A DNA stretch of 25,369 nt from Terrimicrobiaceae bacterium (GCA_044342325.1 JBIIPZ010000039.1:1-25369); one strand, 5' to 3'. Positions 1 through 8,595 are shown, numbered from the stretch's first letter. The notes: generated from the sequence alone by a model not told the origin. Numbers and translations: made by a program.

Positions 1-111
1 TCCGCCGGCATCGAACAATCCGACGGCTTTCACAAAGCTCTCCTGCGCTACTGCTGCTACGACCAGCGAAAACGCCCAAACTTTTCTGAAAAATGGTCCA
101 ACCTTGCTTAA
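1..111 (+). CDS. Probable 3' end of a gene entering from the left (…SAGIEQSDGFHKALLRYCCYDQRKRPNFSEKWSNLA*), unidentified
   Basis: Frame 1 is open from base 1 to TAA at 109-111 with C/G-ending codons. The antisense in-register frame from ATG 123 is also open, so the strand is ambiguous. Confidence 0.3.
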   Translation, partial: SAGIEQSDGFHKALLRYCCYDQRKRPNFSEKWSNLA

Positions 112-129
112 CTTGACGCGCATGCCCCC

Positions 130-156
130 CCGGCGCTCATAGAGACGCCGCTACAA
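130..156 (-). repeat. GTAG-type REP-like hairpin, solo copy
   Basis: ccggcgctcatagagacgccgctacaa is 27/27 identical to 15212-15238. The reverse complement reads GTAG-CGGCG(TCTCTATGAG)CGCCG. Confidence 0.85.
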
Positions 157-174
157 CAATCGCGCGGTAGCGCG

Positions 175-1173
175 CTATTCGTGAAAAATCTCCACAGCGG
201 CGATGTTCTGCGACAGGCCCCAGTGCGGGACGACCAAGCGTGGGTATTGACGCTGCCGTGCGGCGAGGATGGTGTTCCAGGCGGAGGATGCCGTGAAGCC
301 ATCATGGCGCGGGCCTTGGCTGAGTGAAATTACTTGGCGTTCGCTCAAAAGGGATGCTGCTGGTTTAGCTATCCAGCTCGTTGCTGTATAGACTATGGGA
401 ATTTCCGTGTTGAATCCAGCGAGGCACTCGCGCCCGGCAGCACTCGCTTGGTCTCGGGTGCGAAAGGTGTAGCCATCCCCGATGCGCGTTATGTCCGCAA
501 TGGCCCCTGGCGTTTTTCTGCCGATGAGAATTGCTCCCGCGCCCTCGGCGATGCGGAAGGGATTCTCCGCCGTAAACCAGCGAAGGGAGTGGAATGCATC
601 GAGCAGGTGTGTTTCGAACTCCTCGGCTCCGGCGACAATGACATGGTCGATGTCACCGTTTTCGATCCAGAGACACGCCGTTCGCAGCGCGGAAACCCAG
701 CAGGATGTGTCGCCGACTTGTGAGTAAACAGGGCCGCCGATTCCGAGTTCCGCCACCACATGGCTGAGCGGCGTGTTTACCACGGTCTCGGGAAACAAAA
801 TCGGACTCGCGAAGCGGCGTCCATCGGTGCTGAGGCCTTTGTAAAACCTCACCGAGTATTCCAAACACCCAAAGAAAAACGCGCCGACCACGCCGACTCG
901 CGCAGGCTCGATATCAGGCCGTGCTTCCAGCGTTTGTGCGATGGCCTCGATGAGGTGATGCGAGAGCGGGCTGGCTCGGCGGAGCCTCGGTTTCATGCGC
1001 CAGCGGTTCACCGGTTCCGCTGAGAGATTGATGCGGGCTACTTCACGATGTCTGCATCCGCCGACCTCGGATATGTATTCCGCCGGCCATTTTGAAAAGT
1101 CCTCCAGCGCCTCGGCTGAGGTGCCGCCCGGACAGGAAATGCCGAATGAGAGAATGGAGACGGGATTTTTCAT
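175..1173 (-). CDS. Beta-ketoacyl synthase N-terminal-like / chain-length-factor-like protein (likely non-catalytic)
   Basis: RLRRASP, ASPILFPETVVNTPLSH and IVAGAEE are KS N-domain-like motifs. It lacks the ACASG/HGT/GH catalytic motifs. Its ATG overlaps the KS stop codon (ATGA 1170-1173). Confidence 0.8.
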   Translation of the reverse strand: MKNPVSILSFGISCPGGTSAEALEDFSKWPAEYISEVGGCRHREVARINLSAEPVNRWRMKPRLRRASPLSHHLIEAIAQTLEARPDIEPARVGVVGAFFFGCLEYSVRFYKGLSTDGRRFASPILFPETVVNTPLSHVVAELGIGGPVYSQVGDTSCWVSALRTACLWIENGDIDHVIVAGAEEFETHLLDAFHSLRWFTAENPFRIAEGAGAILIGRKTPGAIADITRIGDGYTFRTRDQASAAGRECLAGFNTEIPIVYTATSWIAKPAASLLSERQVISLSQGPRHDGFTASSAWNTILAARQRQYPRLVVPHWGLSQNIAAVEIFHE

Positions 1174-2387
1174 GCGGCGGTGAAGACGAGTGCGGCATTG
1201 GATCCGCCGAATCCTAAATTGACACTTAGCACGGCGGGCTTCGTCAATTTATCCCCCGGCTTTGCAAGCCTCGCGGCGAGTTCCGGGATGGGATGCGTGG
1301 TGTTGATTTGAGGAGGGATGTCGCCCGTGCGGAGGCATTCGAGCGCAAAAACGGCTTCCAGTGAGCCTGCGGCTCCGAGCGTGTGGCCGATCGCTGCCTT
1401 TGTGGAGCCGATCCGCAAACCGGTGTTGTCTTCGGCAAAGATCCGCGCAAAAGCGGCTGTTTCTGCGCCGTCGTTGAAAACCGTCGCTGTCCCATGGGCA
1501 TTCAGGTAGCCGATATCAGAAGGGTTCAGGCCCGCCTGCTGAAGTGCGCGCAGAATCGCTCCCTCAAGCGGGGCGCCTGTCGGATCGGGTTGGGTGATGT
1601 GGTGTGTATCTGTCTTATGCCCGTAGCCGGTTAGGCGACCTTTTACCTGCGCGCAGCGTTTCTCAGCGTGCCCCGCGGTTTCCAAGACAAGAAAAGCCGC
1701 GCCCTCGCCGAGCATGAGACCACGGCGGTAGAGGTCAAATGGCTTGCACACATCCGGGTCGAGTGCCTGCAGCGAGTCGAATCCACAAAACACCAGCTCG
1801 CAGAGCGCCTCATAGCCTCCCGCCAGCACGATGTCGGCAAAGCCCGCCCGAATCAGGTCCGCCGCGTGGCCGATTGCGTTTGCGCCGCTCGCACAGGCGT
1901 TCGAAACAATCATGGACGGGCCGGAGATGCCCAAGTGCTGCTGCAGGTCGCCAATCTGTTGGTGCGCGGGATACCGTGAAATTTTTGAAGCCAGATGCCG
2001 TCGACTTGCAGACCAGATGTCGCGCAGAAAGCCTTCGCCGTGCTCCATGCCACAAGCGGTCGTGCTGATGCTCAGTTCAAGTCGGGAAAAAATACTGCGC
2101 CCATTTTGATCCAGTAGCCCAGAATCCGCCATCGCCTGCCTCGCGGCGGGAATAGCCAAGCGCGAGGCCCGGCTGAGTCGGGAAATTTCCTTTTTCGAGA
2201 CTCCTGCCAACTCTGGCAGTCGCGCTTCGGCACCCTTCGTGACGCGGCATCCCTCGACTGGGATGCATGCGATTTCGCCTCGAGCGGAATCTCCCCGCAG
2301 AAGAGAGGTCCAAGTCGTCGCCGCATCTCCGCCGAGCGGCGAGACGCATCCCCAACCAGTAATGACAACATCCTCGTGCGAATTCAC
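1170..2387 (-). CDS. Beta-ketoacyl-ACP synthase (FabF/KAS II-like), probable GTG start at 2387
   Basis: VVITGWG, NACASG (Cys), NAHGTAT (His), KAAIGHTLGAAG (His), NLGFGGSN. The ORF-track N-terminal extension runs through intergenic repeat DNA. Confidence 0.9.
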   Translation of the reverse strand: MNSHEDVVITGWGCVSPLGGDAATTWTSLLRGDSARGEIACIPVEGCRVTKGAEARLPELAGVSKKEISRLSRASRLAIPAARQAMADSGLLDQNGRSIFSRLELSISTTACGMEHGEGFLRDIWSASRRHLASKISRYPAHQQIGDLQQHLGISGPSMIVSNACASGANAIGHAADLIRAGFADIVLAGGYEALCELVFCGFDSLQALDPDVCKPFDLYRRGLMLGEGAAFLVLETAGHAEKRCAQVKGRLTGYGHKTDTHHITQPDPTGAPLEGAILRALQQAGLNPSDIGYLNAHGTATVFNDGAETAAFARIFAEDNTGLRIGSTKAAIGHTLGAAGSLEAVFALECLRTGDIPPQINTTHPIPELAARLAKPGDKLTKPAVLSVNLGFGGSNAALVFTAA

Positions 2388-2504
2388 TCCGCCAAAATAG
2401 CCGTCACGAGGCGCAACTGGAAATGTGAAATTCGCACAGACATGAGCAGAAAATCCGGCACGCTGGAGAATGGTCCGCGAAAGAAAGGCCACAGCCACCC
2501 AGTG

Positions 2505-2661
2505 GGAGAGCCATCCTCCGGCATGGCTCAAATATCCCCTCTGAATGCGCGGAACTACCTTCAGACACCACCCCGCCCTCAGACGCCGCTTCTCTCCGAC
2601 CCGTAGGTCTACGAGACAGAGGGCAGCTGAAAAATGGGTTATGCGAGACGAGGCCCCTCCC
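2505..2661 (+). repeat. REPIN-like element: two inverted GGAG hairpin units (2505-2529 and 2636-2660) with spacer
   Basis: 2505-2536 matches rc(8909-8940) at 28/32. 2623-2638 matches rc(8825-8840) at 15/16. The right-hand unit is a degenerate inverted copy (20/25 to the 8916-8940 unit). Confidence 0.7.
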
Positions 2662-2676
2662 ATAAAATACCTTGCC

Positions 2677-3909
2677 TCAACCTTTCGATTGAGCCCTCCG
2701 GCGCGCAAATTCGAAGAGTGGGGCTGTCATGAGTGTTGTTACCACTGCCATGACAACCATCATGGTAAAAAATCGGGGAGTTATGATTCCAGCCTGCAGG
2801 CCGATGTTTAGCAGGATTAGCTCCATTAGTCCTCGGGCGTTCATAAGGGAAGCCACTGTGAGCGCGTCGCCATGGGGTTCCCCGCACCACCTTGCCGCGA
2901 GGTAGCAGGCGCCCATCTTTCCTGCCACCGCCGCAAGCACGACCGCGCCGGCCATTGCCCAATCTGATACGGAATTCAGAAGATCGAGGCGGGTGTTCAA
3001 TCCCGAGTAGGTGAAAAAAACAGGTAGCAAAAGCAGTGTCGTGAGCGGTCCGATCTTGCGAATCGCATGATCCGCGAGAGGTCCGCGAGGCACGCACACG
3101 CCAAGGATGAATGCCCCGAATACCGCGTAGAGCTGAATCTTGTCGGTGAACCATGAGCCCAGCACGAGCAGGATCAACAACAGGGACATCCCACGCGAGA
3201 AGTCCGCTTCGTTTTCCATCGCCTTGGAAAAAAAGCGCGGCACTACGAAACGGCAGAACACCACATAGGCTACCGCTCCGCCAATCGTCCAAAGCACGAG
3301 CAGGAAATTTCCGCTTACGGTGGCGATCACTCCGGCCAGAAGAATCCATGCGGCCACATCGTCTATGCTACCGCTCGCAAGTGCCAGCGTTCCGGCCGTT
3401 GTTCCTGCCAATCCCCGTTCCTTGATGATCCGCGCCAGCATCGGGAAGGCGGTCACACACATCGCTGCGCCAGTGAAAACCATGCCCAACCCCGGCGAAA
3501 TACCTTCACCGTAGAATCCGCCCTCCGCTCCGATCCACAGCGAAAGAAGCGCACCCAGAGCAAACGGCGCCGCCATGCCCGCAAAGGAAATCGAGGCCGC
3601 TGAGCGCAGGCGCGAACGCAGGAGATCGCCACGGAATTCCAAGCCAACGACAAACATGTAGAGCGACAGCCCGAGCTGTGCGACATCGAAGAGAATGGGC
3701 TTCGAAGCCGCCGGAAAAAGAAATCCCGACACGCCCGGCGCCAGCGCTCCAAGAAGCGAGGGGCCCAGCACAATGCCCGCGATCATTTCCCCGATGATCG
3801 CCGGTTGGCCTACTTTGCGCATCGCCATCGAGCAAACTCGGCACGCCAGCAGGATCACGCCGAGTTGGAGAAAAAAGTGGCCGAGCGGCAAACCATGGAC
3901 GATGGACAT
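2677..3909 (-). CDS. Cation:proton antiporter (CPA2/Kef-type, Na_H_Exchanger family), probable start ATG 3909
   Basis: GQPAIIGEMIAGIVLGPS, GLSLYMFVVGLE, TAFPMLARII, SIDDVAAW, LLPVFFTYSGL and MNARGLMELI motifs, with multiple TM helices. Confidence 0.9.
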   Translation of the reverse strand: MSIVHGLPLGHFFLQLGVILLACRVCSMAMRKVGQPAIIGEMIAGIVLGPSLLGALAPGVSGFLFPAASKPILFDVAQLGLSLYMFVVGLEFRGDLLRSRLRSAASISFAGMAAPFALGALLSLWIGAEGGFYGEGISPGLGMVFTGAAMCVTAFPMLARIIKERGLAGTTAGTLALASGSIDDVAAWILLAGVIATVSGNFLLVLWTIGGAVAYVVFCRFVVPRFFSKAMENEADFSRGMSLLLILLVLGSWFTDKIQLYAVFGAFILGVCVPRGPLADHAIRKIGPLTTLLLLPVFFTYSGLNTRLDLLNSVSDWAMAGAVVLAAVAGKMGACYLAARWCGEPHGDALTVASLMNARGLMELILLNIGLQAGIITPRFFTMMVVMAVVTTLMTAPLFEFARRRAQSKG

Positions 3910-3979
3910 GGTTGCGCACGATGCACAGCGACAGTTGCCATGGCAACATCGCGATCCCGAAAAAAACAGAAAATTGTCA

Positions 3980-4007
3980 TTGCATCCAAAATCGCGCCTG
4001 CTAATTT
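3980..4007 (+). promoter_or_regulatory. Putative sigma70 promoter of rpmI
   Basis: TTGCAT (3980-85), 16 bp spacer, TAATTT (4002-07) preceded by TGn, ending 15 bp before the ATG. Confidence 0.4.
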
Positions 4008-4022
4008 CTTCCCCCTTTTCCA

Positions 4023-4235
4023 ATGCCAAAAGCAATAGCACGCAGCAAAACGCGCAAATCCGTGGCCAAGCGCTTCAAGATCACCGGGACCGGCAAGGTT
4101 GTTCGCAACCACGCTTCCCGGCGGCACCTGTTGGCGAGTAAAAACGCCAACAAGAAACGCCACATGGCGAAATCCGCAGTGGTCGATGAGACCGATGTGG
4201 ATCGCATCAAGGCCTGCCTGCCTTTCAGCCACTAA
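4023..4235 (+). CDS. rpmI: 50S ribosomal protein L35
   Basis: KTRKSVAKRFKITGTGKV…RHLLASK…KKR, located upstream of rplT. Confidence 0.97.
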   Translation: MPKAIARSKTRKSVAKRFKITGTGKVVRNHASRRHLLASKNANKKRHMAKSAVVDETDVDRIKACLPFSH

Positions 4236-4249
4236 AGCGCGCTGAACCA

Positions 4250-4360
4250 AAATCCCTTCGACTGCCTCGGGGTTTGCCTGAGGATCACGGAGCCGGTGAG
4301 TCGGGGGATTTCAACTAAACAAACAACCGCTCCAAGGAGGCTCCGCGCCAAACGCGGAGT
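4250..4360 (+). promoter_or_regulatory. Structured RNA in the rpmI-rplT spacer (candidate cis-regulatory leader)
   Basis: 13-bp stem 4250-4263/4299-4311, inner hairpin 4265-4283, AAGGAGG at 4334-4340, and hairpin 4341-4359 before ATG 4369. Confidence 0.55.
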
Positions 4361-4368
4361 TTTATGAC

Positions 4369-4740
4369 ATGCCAAGAGCCACAAACGCTCCAGCCAGCCG
4401 GGCGCGCCGCAAGCGCGTCGTAGCAGCCTCGAAAGGATATCGCGGCCGCCGATCCAAACTCTTCCGCTACGCAAAAGATGCGCAGATGAAGGGAAAATAT
4501 TGGGCCTACCGTGACCGTAAGACCCGCAAGCGCAACTTCCGCGCCCTGTGGATCACCCGTCTCAGCGCCGCAGTCCGCGCCGAAGGGATCACTTACAGCC
4601 GTTTCATCGAAGGCCTCAAATTCGCCAATATCGAGCTCGACCGCAAAGTCCTGTCCGACATCGCGATCAACGACGAGCCGACCTTCAAGGCGATCGTGGA
4701 CAAAGTCCGCACCGCCCTCGATAACAAAAAAGCAGCCTGA
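4369..4740 (+). CDS. rplT: 50S ribosomal protein L20
   Basis: KGYRGRRS, AYRDRKTRKRNFRALWITR, YSRFIEGL, LDRKVLSDIA. Confidence 0.98.
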   Translation: MPRATNAPASRARRKRVVAASKGYRGRRSKLFRYAKDAQMKGKYWAYRDRKTRKRNFRALWITRLSAAVRAEGITYSRFIEGLKFANIELDRKVLSDIAINDEPTFKAIVDKVRTALDNKKAA

Positions 4741-4764
4741 TTCGTCAAAACCCGCCCGTCGGGA

Positions 4765-5176
4765 TTGACCACAGAGCGAACAGAGAACACAGAGGTCGGG
4801 GCGAATTGCTCCGATTCCTCTGTGATATATCTTGAGGGTTTAATAGAGTTATCTTGTGCAATGCTCGAAGATTGCTCTTATTACATAAAATAAGTCTTTC
4901 TTAGGCTGCGATTTGGGTGAGAAAATCAGAGGCGGGCGCAGCGAATCAAGGCCCTAGCCAGCCCGCGCTTCTTCCAAGCAGGTTCGCTTATTTGGTAAAT
5001 TCTGTAATTCTGTCGAAAAAATCGTATCAGGCCCAACACCCAATGACACCGTCACCCGCTTTTTCCTCCTCCGTGCTCTCTGTGTCCTTTGACTCGCTCG
5101 CTCCCGCTCGGCTCGCCCTTCGGGCCAACCTTCGGTTGCTCCATCTCAAAGGCCCCTCCTTTTCGATTGTGGTTAA
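4765..5176. repeat. Mosaic of palindromic/short tandem intergenic repeats between rplT and pheS
   Basis: TTGACCACAGAG-CGAACAGAG-AACACAGAGG (4765-4795). Its inverted counterpart is split into 5068-5087 and 5168-5176. Also hairpin 4788-4824, (AATTCTGT)x2 at 4998-5013 and twin CTTCG hairpins at 5115-5138. Confidence 0.65.
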
Positions 5177-5187
5177 ACCTCTTTCCC

Positions 5188-6195
5188 ATGCAACAGCAAG
5201 TTGACGCCCTTCGCACCGAAGCTCTTGAGCTTATCGCTTCGGCCCATGATGCCGCTTCCCTCGAGGCGGCCCGTTTAAAATACCTTGGCAAGTCCGGTGC
5301 CATCACCGCGCTCAGCGAGGGCATGCGCAACGTGCCTAAGGAGGAGCGGCCTGTCATCGGGAAACTTCTCAACGATCTGCGCGCTGCGGTCACGACTGCT
5401 TTAGAGGACTCCCAAAAGCGCCTCCTTGAAGCCTCCGACCTCGCCGCCTTTGCTTCGCTTGATCTCTCCCTGCCTGGCACATTTCCTTCGCCCGGCACCT
5501 TGCATCCGCTCACGCAACTCATGGATCGGGCTGTGCGGTGTTTCCGCCGCATGGGGTTTGCGATTGCCGATGGCCCTGACATCGAGACTGAGTGGCATTG
5601 CTTCGATGCGCTCAACACGCCGCCGGACCATCCTGCGCGCAACGAGCAGGACACTTTTTATCTCCCTGATGGCCGCCTCCTGCGCTCGCACACATCGAGC
5701 GTGCAGATTCGCGTCATGGAAACAACGCCACCACCGGTGCGCATCATTGCTCCCGGTTCCGCCTACCGCCGCGATGAAGTGGATGCTACGCACCTCGCCC
5801 AGTTCACGCAAATGGAGGGTCTCTATGTGGCCGAAAAAGTCAGCCTCGCCGATCTCAAGGGGACGCTGGAGTTTTTCTTCCGCGAGCTTTTCGGGGCGGG
5901 CACGGACATTCAATTCCGTCCGCATTTTTTCCCATTCACCGAGCCGAGCTACGAAATCGACATCCGCACCGAGGCTCTTGGCGGCGACTGGATGGAACTC
6001 GCCGGCTGCGGCATGGTGGATCCCGCCGTATTCGAGGCCATCTGCGAGCGCCGTGGCGACCGGGTTTATGATCCCGAAAAAGTCAGTGGCTTTGCCTTCG
6101 GCTTCGGCCTCGAGCGCCTTGCCATGAACCTCTCGCGCATTCCCGACATCCGTATGCTTGTCGAAAACGATCTGCGCTTTCTGAAACAATTCTAA
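5188..6195 (+). CDS. pheS: Phenylalanine--tRNA ligase alpha subunit (start ATG 5188)
   Basis: YLGKSG, GTLHPL, FDALNTPPDHPARNEQDTFY, LRSHTSSVQIR, DATH, FRPHFFPFTEPS, GFAFGFGLERLAM. Confidence 0.98.
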   Translation: MQQQVDALRTEALELIASAHDAASLEAARLKYLGKSGAITALSEGMRNVPKEERPVIGKLLNDLRAAVTTALEDSQKRLLEASDLAAFASLDLSLPGTFPSPGTLHPLTQLMDRAVRCFRRMGFAIADGPDIETEWHCFDALNTPPDHPARNEQDTFYLPDGRLLRSHTSSVQIRVMETTPPPVRIIAPGSAYRRDEVDATHLAQFTQMEGLYVAEKVSLADLKGTLEFFFRELFGAGTDIQFRPHFFPFTEPSYEIDIRTEALGGDWMELAGCGMVDPAVFEAICERRGDRVYDPEKVSGFAFGFGLERLAMNLSRIPDIRMLVENDLRFLKQF

Positions 6196-6202
6196 TCCTG
6201 TC

Positions 6203-8548
6203 GTGAAAATTTCCATCAACTGGCTGCGTGACTATGTGGATTGCCAACTTCCGGCGTCCGAATTGGAAAACCTCCTGCGCCGCGCGGGTCTTGAAGTGGC
6301 GGGCATCGACCAACGCGGTGCCGCGATCGACCATGTCGTCGCCGCCGAGATTCTTGAGTCCACCCAACACCCGAATGCCGACCGCCTGAGCGTTTGCAAA
6401 GTGAACGACGGCTCGCCCGAACCCCGCCAGATCGTCTGCGGTGCCAAAAATTACAAAGTCGGCGACAAGGTCCCACTAGCACTTCCGGGTGCTGTTCTTC
6501 CGGGGGATTTCAAAATCAAGACCGGCAAGCTGCGGGGAGTTGAGAGCGAGGGCATGATGTGCAGCGCGAAGGAACTCCGCCTCGCGGAAGACTCCGAGGG
6601 CCTTCTCATCCTGCCGCCTGAGACCACCCCAGGCACGCCTATCAAAGACCTCTTTCCCGCCGAGACCATTTTGGAACTCGAGATCACGCCGAATCGCTCC
6701 GACTGGCTCAGTCACCTCGGTGTCGCGCGCGAGATCGGAGTTTTCACCGGTTTGCCCGTCAAAGCGCCGGAGCCCACCCTGCCGCCCACAGCCAATGCCG
6801 ACGGGCAGGTGCGCCTCGAAGGTGAGGGATGTGGCTTCTACACTCTGCGCCGCATCTCCGGGGTGAAAGTCGGCCCCAGCCCGCAATGGCTGCGCGACCG
6901 CTTGGCGGCCGTGGGGCTTCGCTCTGTGAACAATGTGGTCGATGTCACAAACTATGTTCTCTTTGAGCTCGGCCAACCGCTGCATTCCTTCGATGCCGCA
7001 AAAATTTCCGGCCCGTTGAAAGTGCGCCCCGCATCCGAAGGTGAAGCCTTCCGCGCCCTTGATGGCCGTGAATACCAGCTGCCGGCCGGTTCGCTGGTCA
7101 TCGCTGATGACAACGGCCCCGCCGCCTTGGCAGGTGTCATGGGCGGGGAGGGGAGTGGTGTGAGCGAGTCCACCACCGATATTCTTTTGGAAAGCGCCGT
7201 CTTCGAGCCTTCGGGTGTTCGCCGCGCCTCGCGTGCGCTGGGGCTTTTCAGCGATTCCAGCTACCGCTTCGAGCGGGGTGTGAATCCCGAGGGTGTCGCA
7301 ATTGCATCAGCCCGCGCTGTCGAGTTGATCCTGCAGGTCGCCGGCGGCACAGCCGAGCCCACTCTCCTCGTTGCAGGTAAATGCCCCGAACGCGGCAAGG
7401 TGTCCCTGCGGCACAGTCGTGTGCGCGATTTGCTCGGCATCTCACTCTCGAATTCCGAGATCGAATCCAGCCTCGCCCGTGTCGGTTTGGAAAAACTCGC
7501 TGCCGGTGACGAAACCCGCTGGAGCATTCCCGGATACCGCCGCGAACTCCGCCGCGAAGCCGATCTCATCGAGGAAATCGCCCGCGTTGTGGGAATCGAA
7601 AAAATCCCATCTCTCGCGCAAGGCCCCTTCGCCGCAAGCTCGGATGCCGATGCCGCCTACGATTTCGCGATGAACCTCCGCCGCAGTCTAGCCGGAATGG
7701 GCTTCCATGAGGCCCGCACCAGCACGCTCGTTTCCGCTGCCGATGTCTCGCATTTCGGCGAAGCCGTGGCTCTCAAAAATCCTTTTGGCGATGACCAGTC
7801 GCAACTCCGCAACAGCATTGTTCCAGGATTACTTTCGGCCCTCCGGCGCAACCTCGATCAAGGTGCGAAATCCATTCCCCTCTTCGAGTGTGGTCGTGTG
7901 TTCCAACCCGGTGGCGAGGGACAACGCCTCGCCATTGTGCTCACTGGCGAACGCCACGAATCCAGCTGGCGCGGCGGGACGGAACGCTCGTGGGATGTCT
8001 TTGACCTCACCGGTGCCGTGCGCCAACTAGCTTGCCTGCGCGAACAGGACATCGTTCCCACACCTTCTCCTGTGGCCCCGTTTGGAGCCTGCGCGGATGT
8101 TTTTCTGAATGGCAAAAAAATCGGCATCGTTGGTCAACTGACTCCTGCCGTGGCCCGCGAAATAGGAACTTCCACTCCGCTTCTCTGTGCCGAGTTCGAC
8201 CTCGACCTCTGGCGTGCGGTAGCCACCACGAAGACCCAAGTCGCCGCCCTCGCGAAGTTTCCTGGATCCGCCCGCGACATCGCCTTCGTGGCACCGCTGG
8301 CATTGCCTTACGGCGAGGTGAGGTCGCTCATCGAGACCCTCAAGGAACCCCTCCTCGAATCCACCCGCCTCTTCGATCTTTTCACCGATCCCAAGGGCGA
8401 AAAAATTCCGTCCGACAAAAAATCGATGGCCATTTCCTTGACTTTCCGCAGCCCCGAGAGAACCCTCACCACAGAGGAAATTCAAGCTGCAGCTGACCGA
8501 ATCAAGGTCTCCCTGCGAGAGAAGCTGGGCGTGGATTTTCGAGAATAG
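6203..8548 (+). CDS. pheT: Phenylalanine--tRNA ligase beta subunit
   Basis: MKISINWLRDYV, HPNADRL, IVCGA, LRGVESEGMMCS, ITPNRSD, GQPLHSFD, RFERG, DLIEEIAR, RDIAF…ERTLT. Confidence 0.98.
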   Translation: MKISINWLRDYVDCQLPASELENLLRRAGLEVAGIDQRGAAIDHVVAAEILESTQHPNADRLSVCKVNDGSPEPRQIVCGAKNYKVGDKVPLALPGAVLPGDFKIKTGKLRGVESEGMMCSAKELRLAEDSEGLLILPPETTPGTPIKDLFPAETILELEITPNRSDWLSHLGVAREIGVFTGLPVKAPEPTLPPTANADGQVRLEGEGCGFYTLRRISGVKVGPSPQWLRDRLAAVGLRSVNNVVDVTNYVLFELGQPLHSFDAAKISGPLKVRPASEGEAFRALDGREYQLPAGSLVIADDNGPAALAGVMGGEGSGVSESTTDILLESAVFEPSGVRRASRALGLFSDSSYRFERGVNPEGVAIASARAVELILQVAGGTAEPTLLVAGKCPERGKVSLRHSRVRDLLGISLSNSEIESSLARVGLEKLAAGDETRWSIPGYRRELRREADLIEEIARVVGIEKIPSLAQGPFAASSDADAAYDFAMNLRRSLAGMGFHEARTSTLVSAADVSHFGEAVALKNPFGDDQSQLRNSIVPGLLSALRRNLDQGAKSIPLFECGRVFQPGGEGQRLAIVLTGERHESSWRGGTERSWDVFDLTGAVRQLACLREQDIVPTPSPVAPFGACADVFLNGKKIGIVGQLTPAVAREIGTSTPLLCAEFDLDLWRAVATTKTQVAALAKFPGSARDIAFVAPLALPYGEVRSLIETLKEPLLESTRLFDLFTDPKGEKIPSDKKSMAISLTFRSPERTLTTEEIQAAADRIKVSLREKLGVDFRE

Positions 8549-8595
8549 ATCTTTCCACAAAACAGGAAAATTTTCGCGGCTCTGCCGCAACGAAT

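Noticed and set aside
2388..2708. N-terminal extension of the KS ORF and the + strand ORF 2376-2606
   Set aside because: Both run through the repeat element. KS homology starts at VVITG near 2370.
4765..4795. Short ACAGAG repeats and GAATTAACC repeats considered as CRISPR
   Set aside because: Units are too short, there is no regular 25-45-bp repeat-spacer periodicity, and no cas genes are present.
4917..5204. Possible pheM-like leader peptide or T-box before pheS
   Set aside because: No Phe-codon cluster or T-box consensus. The ORF is a translation of repeat DNA.
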